Positions 1 to 9,715 of a DNA stretch of 64,000 nucleotides are shown piece by piece (the stretch's first letter is position 1; each line of letters opens with the position of its first letter). Below the pieces are notes generated by a model, which saw only the letters and a list, made by a program, of their open reading frames with translations, was not told the origin of the DNA and did not search any database. The stretch lies in the IMG/VR virus record IMGVR_UViG_3300028832_000001, positions 100,007 through 164,006 of that record; one strand, 5' to 3'. Made by a program: the position numbers and the translations under genes. Origin of the DNA: a virus. Its lineage: Duplodnaviria > Heunggongvirae > Uroviricota > Caudoviricetes.

Positions 1-556
1 TATTCATGATTCCAGCTAATTCTTCACCTTTATCATAAGCTTGATAAACAGATTGTGCTTGTGATGTTATAGTATCAGAAAGTCTAAAATATTGTGGTGT
101 TGTTACAAAAATTAATAAACGAATAATATCATTAAATGCAGAGGTATTATAATAACCATCTATTGGATATGCTCTAAATTTAAAAGATATACTTAATGGT
201 TCGGCAGATTTAGGAAATTGTTGTGTCCAACCGTCAGTTACTAATGGCGGTTTGTAAGTATTTCTTTGCTGAGCAAACATTTTCATCCACTTGTGCTGAG
301 TAAACTTCTTAATCTTTTCATTAAGAACTGCAGCAGGTGAATCACCCCAAGTAGTAGAATATGAAATTTCAGGAATTTCATCAATTATTCCAGTAACAGC
401 GGTTTTACCAGCAAGAAAATTATTCATGCTTTCCACATCTTCTTGACATGTAGTAACAGTAAGAGTAACAGTATGTGCTCTTGTGTAAGGAGAGTCGTTC
501 AAATCTATAATATTTGAGCCAGTCGGCTGATTATAATAACTAATTAATGCCATATA
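1..556 (-). CDS. hypothetical virion-associated protein, C-terminal part (gene continues upstream of window start on minus strand)
   Basis: Open minus-strand frame from ATG at 556-554 running to the window edge without a stop. Co-oriented with and immediately downstream of the TM-rich structural ORF. Not in the ORF track because it has no stop within the window. Confidence 0.4.
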
Positions 557-2338
557 TTAATCTTCTGCTTTACCTGCTGGAACGATTGGTTCTTGGTCCT
601 TAACATACTTGAACCACTTAGATAATGTAGTATTTATAGTATCAAGTGTTGTTTTAATTGCTGCACTCTGTTCATCCTTCTGCATCTGAGAAACATACTG
701 TGCAGAAATATTGGACTGAGTATTATCCGCATTATTAATACTTGCAACAGTATTATTTTCTTTTAAGATAGTCATAACAGACTTTGCAACAGCATTACTG
801 AAGGCATCAGTTGTAGGATTCATTACATCTGACGTGACTTTATCTTTAATTTCACCAACAGCAGTTTTAATATCAGTTAATATATTAGTTATTGGAGAAA
901 GTGCTTGTTCAAATGCATTGACTGTTGGAGATGTTTTTGCTTTAGAAGTTTCAGAAGCTGTTTCTTTCTTTTCTTCTGATGCTCCGCCAAATAACCACTT
1001 AATACCTTTAATAACGGCTTTGATTAAACCGCCAAGAAGACCAACTACGAGTGTTACAACAATATCAGCTAAGAATTTGACAATTCCTATGATAGCATCA
1101 TAAATCATACCACCAATCATAGCAAATACTTCTACAATCTTCTTAACTGCTTCTACAATCTTGTCACCAAAGAGGACGAATACAAGGATAATAAATCCGA
1201 GTAATAACAAGACTGCAGCGATAATTATAAGCCAACCACCGATAGAAACAGCAAGTTTAATACCTTCGAATACAAACTTTAATTTGTTCAATGCCATTTC
1301 AGCGATATGCTCGATGGTAGTACAAATTCTCTTGAATATACCGATAGAAACAGCCATTGAGTGTTCAGAACTGGTAAATGTAATTCTTAAAATATGGAAT
1401 GCAACTTCTAAGCCCCACTTAGCAATTAAGAACATGACCTTCATTACATGGAATACAGTAGTGAGTGTTGATATTAATATTGCAGGACCTTTGAATAGCA
1501 AGAATGCAATTCCAGCATAGAATATTATTGTCTTTGTAACTTCTTCAATTTTTTCTTTTATCGGTTTTGCAAGTTTATTCCAGAATCCTTTAAAGAATGC
1601 AATACCTAAAATTATATAAGGTAGCAAGTGCATAAATACACCTGCAATTAAAGCAACAGGATTTAAAATACCTTTTAAAATCTTTCCTAAACCAGCCATG
1701 AACTGTTTTCCATTAACTGGGAATTTTGGCGCTGGTATTTTAGGGAATTTCTTCATATCAAAGATAAGCTGACTCTGATTTCCCTTTGGATTGAGCAAAC
1801 GTTGTCTTGCATCTGCTTCTTGACGTTTCTTTTCATTTTCAACAAATGCTTTTGTTTGTTCTGTTTGCGCTTTTACTTGATCACCACTTGTTTGTCTAAT
1901 TGTTTCCTGATTATCAATAAATCCTTTTTCAACAGCTGTTTGTAAACCGTTGAATGCAGAAGCTAAAATTGGGTCCATTGCACTAGCGACGCCAGTTGTT
2001 CCTTCACCTACGAAAGATTCTACATTTTCTGATGGCGGAGTTAATGTTTCAGTTAATTGTGCATCTTGTGCAGCAGCTTCAGTTGAAACTGGTTTTTCAA
2101 AAAAATCTCGCATTATTCCAACAAGCTGATTAATACCAGTATTAATATCAACAAGAGTTACTCTTATACTATCAAGGTTAATATTAGTGCTTCCTATTCC
2201 ATGTTGACATGCGGATAAAATATAATCAATGGAGGTTAAGCTTCCATAACCATTACCTTTAAGAGAACGTAATATTGCTATCTTTTCGTCCTCATCTTTA
2301 ATATTTTTTTGCACCAATGCCTTATTTAACTCTGCCAT
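557..2338 (-). CDS. tape-measure-like / membrane-spanning structural protein (N-terminal coiled region, ~8 hydrophobic helices, Ser/Thr/Asn-rich C-terminus)
   Basis: 593-aa ORF with long hydrophobic segments (e.g. IIIAAVLLLLGFIILVFVLFG) flanked by charged coiled regions. Architecture resembles TM-containing tape measure proteins. A TATAAATA motif sits 6 nt upstream of the ATG and a hairpin lies just upstream of that. Confidence 0.35.
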   Translation of the reverse strand: MAELNKALVQKNIKDEDEKIAILRSLKGNGYGSLTSIDYILSACQHGIGSTNINLDSIRVTLVDINTGINQLVGIMRDFFEKPVSTEAAAQDAQLTETLTPPSENVESFVGEGTTGVASAMDPILASAFNGLQTAVEKGFIDNQETIRQTSGDQVKAQTEQTKAFVENEKKRQEADARQRLLNPKGNQSQLIFDMKKFPKIPAPKFPVNGKQFMAGLGKILKGILNPVALIAGVFMHLLPYIILGIAFFKGFWNKLAKPIKEKIEEVTKTIIFYAGIAFLLFKGPAILISTLTTVFHVMKVMFLIAKWGLEVAFHILRITFTSSEHSMAVSIGIFKRICTTIEHIAEMALNKLKFVFEGIKLAVSIGGWLIIIAAVLLLLGFIILVFVLFGDKIVEAVKKIVEVFAMIGGMIYDAIIGIVKFLADIVVTLVVGLLGGLIKAVIKGIKWLFGGASEEKKETASETSKAKTSPTVNAFEQALSPITNILTDIKTAVGEIKDKVTSDVMNPTTDAFSNAVAKSVMTILKENNTVASINNADNTQSNISAQYVSQMQKDEQSAAIKTTLDTINTTLSKWFKYVKDQEPIVPAGKAED

Positions 2339-2360
2339 ATATACTATTTATAGTTTCTGA

Positions 2361-2398
2361 TTTTTATAATAAAAAATCACTCCCAAATAGGAGTGATT
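2361..2398 (-). terminator. rho-independent terminator hairpin (aatcactcc-caaata-ggagtgatt) followed by T-run on minus strand
   Basis: Perfect 9-bp inverted repeat at 2375-2398. A T-tract follows on the minus strand, downstream of the 2419..3894 gene. Confidence 0.5.
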
Positions 2399-2418
2399 TA
2401 TATTAAATTCTGAAATTT

Positions 2419-3894
2419 TTAGAAGTATTTGCCACCATCGAAATCAGTTTTTGGTTTTAGACCTTGTTTAGAGACTCTATAATAGTAGTCATAATCGCCT
2501 TCTTTATATTCTTCAGGATTAGAAGTATAGTTTCCTTCTTCATTGAACTGCGAATAATAGGCAGAATATGGAACATTATACTGGTCACGTAAGGTTTTAT
2601 TACCAAAAGAGATTGTTTGGTCGACATTATGACCGAAACCAGATAATGACATATATTCTTTTTCAACAAGCCATTCATTGGTGTATTCAACACCCCAAAC
2701 TTCTGGATTAAAACCAGATGTTATATCTTCTGGGTCTAAATACATTGGTTTATAACCAATAACATCACCTTTCTTGACATGCTGTTCATTTATGATACAG
2801 TCAGCAGATGCATAAATTGGTCGTGTGTGCAAGATTGGTTTATCTCCACTAACTGTTTCTGTAGCAGGAATCCAAATATTTGTTACCTTTGTAAGAAGCT
2901 TTGCATCTTCTTCATAAGTAGTCAATTCATCAGTTTCCCTATAATCATATGTCGTTATGTATGCAGAAGTTTTTATTCCTTTATATTCATACGGGACAAG
3001 TTCAGTCTTTGGATTACCGTTCAATACATAAGTATGACCAACCTTTGTCTGATAAATCTTGCTGAATTCATAAGGAGTAGTTAAAGAACCGTCTTTATTA
3101 CCAAATGTTGCAGCATGATAAAGATAATCTCCTTTATTTAAAGTAATATAGGTATTAATCTTTTCAATAATCTGTGCATCTTTAATCGGCTTATAAAGGA
3201 ATGCTTCCATAGTAAAGTTAAACGAAACCTTAATCTGTCTCCAGTCTTCTTCACCCATGGATTCACTTTGAATGTCCCATGTCATAGTTTCAAGTTTCAT
3301 CTTGATACTTCTACGTTTATTGAAGAACCAGAATTCCTTAACATCAAAGAATGCAGCAGGCTGGAATCTTACAGCGATTTGTTCGACAATCTGTTCAGCA
3401 TCTGTCATTTTTTCGCAGTTTGCTTCCATTGAAACAGAAATATTATATGGAACCGGTTGAACATCAGACCAGAACTTATCTTGTTGGTCACATACCAATC
3501 CAGCATTTTCCAAATCCTTGTTATAGAATGCACGAGTTTCGTAAATGCCTTTTGCTCTTTCAGTTGCAAATTGCATACTATCCAATCTATAAGTAAGATT
3601 TGGTAAACTTATATAATATTTGTTACCAGATTCTTGTTCAGTTCTGAAGTCATGGGACTTGTTTCTTGGACCGAATTTAATCGGAACATTGATTGTTTTG
3701 ACTGGTTCACCGAACTTATTATAACGAATAACTTTCAATTCGTTAAAGAAATTCTCGAACCCGATAAACAGACTACGCATTGTGTCTGCATAGAAATAAT
3801 TTTGAGGATAACCGAAATTAGGAGCTCCATCAGCAGTTCCTTTCCAATATCCATGTAAACTTGGGTCATACCCTTCTTGTGTGTAATTTGCCAT
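2419..3894 (-). CDS. virion structural protein, unassigned (late gene)
   Basis: 491-aa ORF. TATAAATA at 3916-3923 (minus) lies 21 nt upstream of its ATG with an SD-like AAAGG. Co-transcribed direction with the tape-measure-like ORF. Confidence 0.4.
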   Translation of the reverse strand: MANYTQEGYDPSLHGYWKGTADGAPNFGYPQNYFYADTMRSLFIGFENFFNELKVIRYNKFGEPVKTINVPIKFGPRNKSHDFRTEQESGNKYYISLPNLTYRLDSMQFATERAKGIYETRAFYNKDLENAGLVCDQQDKFWSDVQPVPYNISVSMEANCEKMTDAEQIVEQIAVRFQPAAFFDVKEFWFFNKRRSIKMKLETMTWDIQSESMGEEDWRQIKVSFNFTMEAFLYKPIKDAQIIEKINTYITLNKGDYLYHAATFGNKDGSLTTPYEFSKIYQTKVGHTYVLNGNPKTELVPYEYKGIKTSAYITTYDYRETDELTTYEEDAKLLTKVTNIWIPATETVSGDKPILHTRPIYASADCIINEQHVKKGDVIGYKPMYLDPEDITSGFNPEVWGVEYTNEWLVEKEYMSLSGFGHNVDQTISFGNKTLRDQYNVPYSAYYSQFNEEGNYTSNPEEYKEGDYDYYYRVSKQGLKPKTDFDGGKYF

Positions 3895-3915
3895 AAATAA
3901 CCTTTAATTATATGA

Positions 3916-3923
3916 TATTTATA
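3916..3923 (-). promoter_or_regulatory. T4-late-type TATAAATA motif, canonical spacing (21 nt) to the start of the 491-aa structural gene
   Basis: Exact TATAAATA on the minus strand. The same motif class precedes other structural genes in this window. Confidence 0.4.
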
Positions 3924-3951
3924 GAATTTAAAGTCTTTTTATAAATATATT

Positions 3952-4959
3952 ATGAAATTAAAACTAGTATATAAATGTGAAATTTGTGGATTAAATGACT
4001 TAAATAAGCGTGGTTTAGGTACACATTTACAATTTAAACATTCTGATATTTCTAAAGAAACATATTATAAAAAATATTTAAAATGTATTGATGAAGATAC
4101 TTGTAAAGTTTGCGGGAAACCAACAAAATTTTTATCATTCAAAGTGGGATTTGCTAATTGCTGTTCAAAAGAATGTAGTAGAAAATGGAATAATAAAAGA
4201 ATACAAGATAGTAATTTAGATAAATTTGGGGTTAAAACACCATTTGAGTTAAAAGAAATACAAGAAAAAGTTAAAAATACAATAAAAGAAAAATACAATT
4301 GTGATAATATATTTCAAGTATCAGAAATAAAAGAAAAAATAAAACGGACATTAAAAGAAAAATATAATGTTGAGTACCCGTTAGAGTGTGAATTTTTTAA
4401 GAATAAAGCAAAAGAAACAACGTTTTTAAGATATGGTAATGAAAATTATAGAAATTCATTAAAAGCAGAAGAAACTTGTTTAAAAAACAACGGGGTTAGA
4501 CATCCGGCACAGTCAGGTATAATTGCGAAAAAAACAAGAAGTAAATATATTTATAATAATATAACATTTGATTCTAGTTGGGAACTTGCATATTATATTT
4601 GGTTAAAAGATCATAATATTAATTTTGAATATCATACAATAAAATTAGAATATGAATTTAATAATAATTTATATTATTATTTTCCTGATTTTTTGGTAGA
4701 AAATGATTTGATAGAAATTAAAGGCGATCAGTTTTTATCGGAAACTGGAAATTTAATTTCACCCTATAAAAATACTAATAATGAAAAATTAATTAAAAAA
4801 TTTGAATGCATGAAAAATAATAATGTAAAAATTATTTCTAAAATAGAAATAAAACCTATTATTTTATATATAAAAGAAAAATATGGAAAAAACTTTTTAA
4901 ATAAATTTAGGGAGAAAAATCAGAATGTTTCAGAAAACTGCAGAACTTCGTGGTCATAA
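3952..4959 (+). CDS. putative free-standing homing endonuclease (N-terminal C2H2/zinc-ribbon pair, tandem ~30-aa basic DNA-binding repeats, C-terminal PD-(D/E)xK-like nuclease)
   Basis: The N-terminus has a CxxC...HxxxH finger and a second CxxC...CC..C cluster. Repeats of the form FGVKTPFELKEIQEKVKNTIKEKYN / IFQVSEIKEKIKRTLKEKYNV follow. The C-terminus (WELAYYIWL...FPDFLV...DLIEIKG) is compatible with a D...(D/E)xK nuclease fold. The 3' end overlaps the terminase ORF by 35 nt. Confidence 0.45.
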   Translation: MKLKLVYKCEICGLNDLNKRGLGTHLQFKHSDISKETYYKKYLKCIDEDTCKVCGKPTKFLSFKVGFANCCSKECSRKWNNKRIQDSNLDKFGVKTPFELKEIQEKVKNTIKEKYNCDNIFQVSEIKEKIKRTLKEKYNVEYPLECEFFKNKAKETTFLRYGNENYRNSLKAEETCLKNNGVRHPAQSGIIAKKTRSKYIYNNITFDSSWELAYYIWLKDHNINFEYHTIKLEYEFNNNLYYYFPDFLVENDLIEIKGDQFLSETGNLISPYKNTNNEKLIKKFECMKNNNVKIISKIEIKPIILYIKEKYGKNFLNKFREKNQNVSENCRTSWS

Positions 4960-5845
4960 TGAGGTCGTAGAATTAACTAAAGAACAAATGGATGAATATG
5001 TAAAATGTTCTACAGATATTTTTTATTTTTCCAAATACTTTTATATTTTAAGTGATGAAGGTGAAGCGCCAATACATTTAAGAGAATACCAAGAACGTAT
5101 AGTTCGCTGTCTTGTTGGAAAATATTATGATAAAGAAGGTTCTATTAGAAATAATAGAATAATAATGCAAGGGCGACAGACAGGCAAGACTACTCTGGCC
5201 ACATTATATATTTTATGGTATGCACTTTTTAATGGAGACAAAACTATCGCTGTTCTGGCTAACAAGGAAGACCAAGCAAAAGAAATTATGTTGAGAATTC
5301 GCTCAGCTATTTTGAAACTTCCACTTTGGTTACAACAGGGAATTAATCCTGATAGAGGCGGTTGGTCAAAAGAAAGTATCGGTTTTGATAATGGAACTAA
5401 GATATTCTGTGCTGCTTCTGGTTCTTCTGCTATTAGAGGTAAATCTGTTGACTTGATGCTTGTCGACGAATTTGCATTCTTGCCTGAAGAAGAAGCTAAG
5501 GACTTTATTAAGTCAGTTTTCCCTACACAATCTGGTAGAAAGGATGCTATGATGATTCTTATTTCTACTCCGCATGGTATGAATGAATTTTATAACATCT
5601 GGATGAAAGCTATTTCTGGTGCAAGTTCTTATGTTCCTGCAAAGATTCAATGGTATGAAATTCCTGGAAGAGATGAAGCTTGGAAGAAGAGAATGATTCG
5701 AGACTTCGGTATTCAGATGTTCCAACAGGAATATGCTTGTTTAACTGGAGAACATAAAATAACAGTTCGATCCGAAGAAGGAATCGAACTAACGGAACCG
5801 ATTTCAAAACTATATGAACTTTGGATGGACGGTTTCTTAAGATAA
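4925..5845 (+). CDS. terL: terminase large subunit, ATPase domain only (T4 gp17 N-domain-like); nuclease domain not encoded contiguously
   Basis: Walker A (QGRQTGKTT) and Walker B (DLMLVDEFAF) are present. The order of blocks (YQERIV..., ILISTPHGMNEFYNIW, FQQEYACLTGE) parallels T4 gp17 residues ~130-360. The ORF stops right after the ATPase domain at a bidirectional terminator. Confidence 0.7.
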   Translation: MFQKTAELRGHNEVVELTKEQMDEYVKCSTDIFYFSKYFYILSDEGEAPIHLREYQERIVRCLVGKYYDKEGSIRNNRIIMQGRQTGKTTLATLYILWYALFNGDKTIAVLANKEDQAKEIMLRIRSAILKLPLWLQQGINPDRGGWSKESIGFDNGTKIFCAASGSSAIRGKSVDLMLVDEFAFLPEEEAKDFIKSVFPTQSGRKDAMMILISTPHGMNEFYNIWMKAISGASSYVPAKIQWYEIPGRDEAWKKRMIRDFGIQMFQQEYACLTGEHKITVRSEEGIELTEPISKLYELWMDGFLR

Positions 5846-5848
5846 AAA

Positions 5849-5884
5849 TAAAATCACCTTTTTGAAGGTGATTTTTTATTTTCG
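5849..5884. terminator. bidirectional rho-independent terminator (aaatcacctt-tttg-aaggtgattt) between terL and convergent GT gene
   Basis: 10-bp perfect inverted repeat flanked by A-run and T-run. Sits between convergent genes. Confidence 0.6.
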
Positions 5885-6739
5885 TTTAAACGGATTTAAT
5901 AATTTTGTATATTCATTTTCAGGATAATCTATTGATTTATCAGTAGGTTGATCCTTATATTTTAAATTTTCTACACTATCTATTCTTGTTCTATTTAATT
6001 TTTCTTCCCATTCATCTAATGAACGATGATAATAATGGAACAATCTAATATCACAATTTGATACATTTATTTTTGCTTTTGGTCCTACAACTTTTGGTTC
6101 AAATGTTGTATTATTTGGTAGTGTTACAGGATAATTATTAATAAAATGTGGATATACAAATTTTATATGGTCCATAGTATTTTTTAAAAATCTATGAATA
6201 AATGGTTTTACATCAACAAATGTTTCTTGATTATATTTTTCACTGACATACTTACAATCATCAATCATTGGTTTTTGTCTTGTTTTTGGTGTTTTAGATG
6301 ATTTATAAGAAATATTTGTTCTAGGAACACCAAATTGATAAATATCATTTTCATTTAATTTTTTTAAATAATCATTTATTGTTTTATATTTTGTTTTATC
6401 AAACCATAGATATTCGTCATCATCACAGAAAAATTGATATGTGTATTTATTATTTGTATTAACATATCTAGTATAATAATATTGTTGAACATTTAAAAAT
6501 TTAGATTTATCATATAATAAAACAACATCTACTTTTTCATTATCTTTAAATTTTTCTTTTATATTACAACAATTACTTTCATTATCTACAATAATAATAT
6601 GGTCAAATCCACACCAATTTAAATAGTGGTCAACCCATGAATCTATATCGCATTCTTTATATAATTTTGTTATTAATATAACTTCAGAAGAAATTGGTTT
6701 TGTTTTATATGGATTTTTCAATTCACTAGTTCTAAACAT
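5876..6739 (-). CDS. putative glycosyltransferase, GT92 (DUF23)-like GT-A fold
   Basis: Motif WVDHYLNWCGFDHIIIVDNES resembles the GT92 signature (HYxxxGxDHxxIYDNxS). A later HYYHRS also fits. 287 aa. Confidence 0.4.
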   Translation of the reverse strand: MFRTSELKNPYKTKPISSEVILITKLYKECDIDSWVDHYLNWCGFDHIIIVDNESNCCNIKEKFKDNEKVDVVLLYDKSKFLNVQQYYYTRYVNTNNKYTYQFFCDDDEYLWFDKTKYKTINDYLKKLNENDIYQFGVPRTNISYKSSKTPKTRQKPMIDDCKYVSEKYNQETFVDVKPFIHRFLKNTMDHIKFVYPHFINNYPVTLPNNTTFEPKVVGPKAKINVSNCDIRLFHYYHRSLDEWEEKLNRTRIDSVENLKYKDQPTDKSIDYPENEYTKLLNPFKRK

Positions 6740-6749
6740 TTTTCACCTA

Positions 6750-7526
6750 TTAAATTACACTTTGATATTGTTCAGCAAAAGTTCTGAAAATTTCAATATA
6801 CATCTTAATTATATTAACTGTTTCTTTTGCACTGAACTGATTATTCTTAAATCCATCAGAGTCAATAAAATCTATCTTTAATTTGACTGTAGCATATACA
6901 GAACGCTGATTTACTGAATACCCTAGTATATCTATTCTGGAACCATTATCGACGTTCTGGCGCACATATGGAGCGAAATATTTATTTAACTGCTTAATAT
7001 AACTCTTGACATCTGTATTTATTTCATTACGCATTTCAAAGATTTTAATTTTTAAAACAGCAAAAGCTTCAGTCTTAGTAACTTCGACACCTTTTAAGGC
7101 ACAATTATCAATATTGTGAACTAATAATAAAAGTTGATTTTTTAACAATATATTATCAGCCTTTTTCTTATCGACTTTTATAGTATTCTTTTTAAGCTGT
7201 TCAAGGCAATAATTTGTTGGGACCATCGCATTATAGCCTTCATTGTAAAAATTAACAACAGATTCCATAAGTTCTCTTGGCATCTTAATTATATTATAAC
7301 CAAAAGTTCTGACATTTCTTACTATTTTATCATAATATTTTGAAAATTCATTATTTTGAGAATTCTCATTAAGTGAGATAGAAGAACGAATAAAATCAAT
7401 GGGGTTAACGTCATTAATATAAGCTTCAAACATTTTTTCCATATTAAGCTTAACATCTTTATTGAGATGCTTAGCCTTTCTTTCCATAATTTTTTCGACT
7501 TCTTGTTTATAATCTAAAAATTCCAT
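6750..7526 (-). CDS. hypothetical protein
   Basis: 258-aa ORF with an RBS. Co-directional with the GT92-like gene. No recognisable motif. Confidence 0.4.
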   Translation of the reverse strand: MEFLDYKQEVEKIMERKAKHLNKDVKLNMEKMFEAYINDVNPIDFIRSSISLNENSQNNEFSKYYDKIVRNVRTFGYNIIKMPRELMESVVNFYNEGYNAMVPTNYCLEQLKKNTIKVDKKKADNILLKNQLLLLVHNIDNCALKGVEVTKTEAFAVLKIKIFEMRNEINTDVKSYIKQLNKYFAPYVRQNVDNGSRIDILGYSVNQRSVYATVKLKIDFIDSDGFKNNQFSAKETVNIIKMYIEIFRTFAEQYQSVI

Positions 7527-7636
7527 AAGTTTCGTGTCCCAATACTAGTCTTTTATTATTTATAGTTTAGGGGTTTACAATTATTTTGAAAAATGTTATA
7601 TTTAGGTCAAACACTTAACAAAAAGGAAAAACATCT

Positions 7637-8413
7637 ATGAAAAAAATCTATTCAATCTTTATTATGTTGGCGTTTGCACTCTTTACGGGTTGTACGACAG
7701 TCGACGAAACCGAAAGAGCAGTTGTTCTTGAATTCGGTAAGTACAGCGAAACTTTCGGACCAGGATTGCACTTCTATAATGTGTTCATGAAGAGCATTGT
7801 TACGATTCCCGTCAAAACACAGCTTGAAGCAAGCACATTCGAAGCAGGTTCTAAGGACCTTCAGCAAGTTGTTGTATCGTCAAACGTTAACTATCACGTA
7901 GATCCGCAAGCAGTTGGTAAGGTATATTCGAATTATGGTGTAAATTATGTTCAGACTATTCTTCAGCCTAAAATTAAGGAAACGGTTACGTCTATTACAC
8001 CACAGTATGTCCCTGAAGAAATGTTGCAGAAGCGAGAAGAAATTAATATTAGAATGAAAAATGCATTGAAGGCAAAGCTTGATTCTGCAGATGCACATAT
8101 TGTTATCGATGGTTTTACTGTAACTGGTTTCCAATTTACTCCTGCATTTAATTCTGCTATTGAAGAAAAGCAGGTTGCAGAACAGAAGGCATTGAAGGAA
8201 AAGAACGTTCTTAAGCAGATTGAATATCAGAATGAACAGAAGGTCGCAAAGGCAAGAGCTGATTCTACCGAAATGGCAATTAAGATGGCAACATTGAAGT
8301 CCCAGTCTGGCAAGGAATACTTGATGCTCAAGTGGATTGAAAAGTGGAATGGTCAGTTGCCGAATATGATGCCTGGTGATAACAAGATTATCCCAATGGT
8401 TAATGGACTTTAA
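7637..8413 (+). CDS. SPFH/band-7 (prohibitin/HflC-like) lipoprotein
   Basis: Lipoprotein signal peptide with lipobox (LFTGC). The mature protein begins with an SPFH-type segment (ERAVVLEFGKY...GPGLHF). The C-terminus is a coiled coil (QVAEQKALKEKN...). A promoter-like TATATTTAGGTCAAA lies upstream, and the SD is aaaaggaaaaa. Confidence 0.65.
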   Translation: MKKIYSIFIMLAFALFTGCTTVDETERAVVLEFGKYSETFGPGLHFYNVFMKSIVTIPVKTQLEASTFEAGSKDLQQVVVSSNVNYHVDPQAVGKVYSNYGVNYVQTILQPKIKETVTSITPQYVPEEMLQKREEINIRMKNALKAKLDSADAHIVIDGFTVTGFQFTPAFNSAIEEKQVAEQKALKEKNVLKQIEYQNEQKVAKARADSTEMAIKMATLKSQSGKEYLMLKWIEKWNGQLPNMMPGDNKIIPMVNGL

Positions 8414-8449
8414 AAACACCTAAAAATCTCCATATTTAGGGTCAAATCA

Positions 8450-8490
8450 AAAATACCAGTATTTTATACTGGTATTTTTTTATTTTTTAT
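8450..8490. terminator. rho-independent terminator (aaataccagtattttatactggtattt + T-run)
   Basis: Inverted repeat followed by TTTTTTTATTTTTT. Serves both the plus-strand SPFH gene and the convergent minus-strand genes. Confidence 0.6.
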
Positions 8491-8824
8491 TATTATTTCT
8501 ATTATTTTTTGTCTTACTTAATCGCCACTTTAGAAAGTCTCTTACTTTTTGTAAATCTGGATATTTAACGACTTGGTTTTCTGTAATATCATTCCAAATG
8601 TCCATATAACCGTTATACCAGCAGATAAACCACCAATAGTTTTGTGTCCCATACGCACGATATGAAATAATATCTGGACGACATTCATCCATTTTTCTTA
8701 CAAACAGATAAGATTCTTTACCAAAGTCATATCCGTCTTGGAAGAAAGAACCTAAGTCATATTGGGCAATATTATCAACCAATTCTTTATTTAAAAAGTT
8801 TGTTCTACTAGTTATATTATCCAT
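8480..8824 (-). CDS. hypothetical protein
   Basis: 114-aa ORF immediately downstream of, and co-directional with, the GT2 gene. Trp/Tyr-rich. Confidence 0.35.
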   Translation of the reverse strand: MDNITSRTNFLNKELVDNIAQYDLGSFFQDGYDFGKESYLFVRKMDECRPDIISYRAYGTQNYWWFICWYNGYMDIWNDITENQVVKYPDLQKVRDFLKWRLSKTKNNRNNNKK

Positions 8825-8832
8825 ATTATTAT

Positions 8833-9654
8833 TTATATCTGATAATTATTATATAAATTACGGTATCTTTCCATTATTAAATGTTTTCCTTTAATATGGT
8901 CAAATAATCCGTCAGTTCTTTCATGTGCTTGATGCATAATTTCAATATCTTTTGAAATTCCAACATTTAAACCAGCATACATAGCATCTATACCCATAGC
9001 TACATCTTCATAACCCCAGCCTTTAGCAAATGTTTTACTGTCAAATAAGGCATTATCTATACCATATTCTTTTTTCATAAATTCTATGTGTTTTAGTAAT
9101 CCTGTTTTAGTTATACCGAAATTACATGACCAGCCAATCATTCCAGTAAGCATTAAATCCATTTTTTCATCAAATGTTTTTGCATTATTCCATGCTTTTA
9201 TTGCACCAGAAGTTATCCTAAGATCGTCATAATTTAATGGTCTTTTTTGCCAAAGTTCATCCATATTAGCGGTCAATAAATCAGATGCTGGAACTTTTAT
9301 GTTATCGATTGGTGTATGTCTTCTAGTTCCAAAGACTAAATCATATTTTTCTAATAATTTTTTATAATTTACAATTACTTTTTTATTTGCTAGCCAAGAA
9401 TCACCATCTATAAAAATTAATGCATCTGTTTTATTATTAAGAAAATATGATATTACAGAATTTCTATTAGTGCATCTTCCAGGATTTTTACTATTATCAA
9501 TTATATAAACATTTTTATAAAAATTAACTGGCATTTTACCATCTGATAATACATATATCATTGTAGGTATTTCAGTTTGATTATATATTGAAAAAATGGC
9601 TTTACTTAAAGATTCTTCTTGATTATGATTTGTTATTGCTATTGTTATATCCAT
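8833..9654 (-). CDS. glycosyltransferase family 2 (GT-A fold)
   Basis: N-terminal IAITNHNQEESLSKAIFSIYNQT matches the GT2 opening motif. DGD (DxD) lies at ~aa 83. 273 aa. TATAAATA sits 4 nt upstream of the ATG. Confidence 0.6.
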   Translation of the reverse strand: MDITIAITNHNQEESLSKAIFSIYNQTEIPTMIYVLSDGKMPVNFYKNVYIIDNSKNPGRCTNRNSVISYFLNNKTDALIFIDGDSWLANKKVIVNYKKLLEKYDLVFGTRRHTPIDNIKVPASDLLTANMDELWQKRPLNYDDLRITSGAIKAWNNAKTFDEKMDLMLTGMIGWSCNFGITKTGLLKHIEFMKKEYGIDNALFDSKTFAKGWGYEDVAMGIDAMYAGLNVGISKDIEIMHQAHERTDGLFDHIKGKHLIMERYRNLYNNYQI

Positions 9655-9662
9655 GACATATT

Positions 9663-9698
9663 TATAAAAAGAAAACCGTCTTTATTCAAGACGGTTTA
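9663..9698 (-). terminator. rho-independent terminator for the 1014-aa fiber gene (aaaccgtctt-tattc-aagacggttt)
   Basis: 10-bp perfect inverted repeat. On the minus strand it is followed by TTCTTTTT. Confidence 0.55.
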
Positions 9699-9715
9699 TA
9701 ATATTCTAATTTAAA

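Noticed and set aside
834-1520. Plus-strand ORFs (89 and 119 aa) inside the tape-measure-like gene
   Set aside because: They are antisense to a long, well-supported minus-strand ORF. Their low-complexity composition comes from mirrored codons, and they have no RBS.
3940-3947. TATAAATA 4 nt upstream of the homing-endonuclease-like ORF as a late promoter for that gene
   Set aside because: The spacing cannot accommodate a transcription start plus ribosome-binding site. The minus-strand copy at 3916-3923, which serves the divergent structural gene, is the more plausible functional element.
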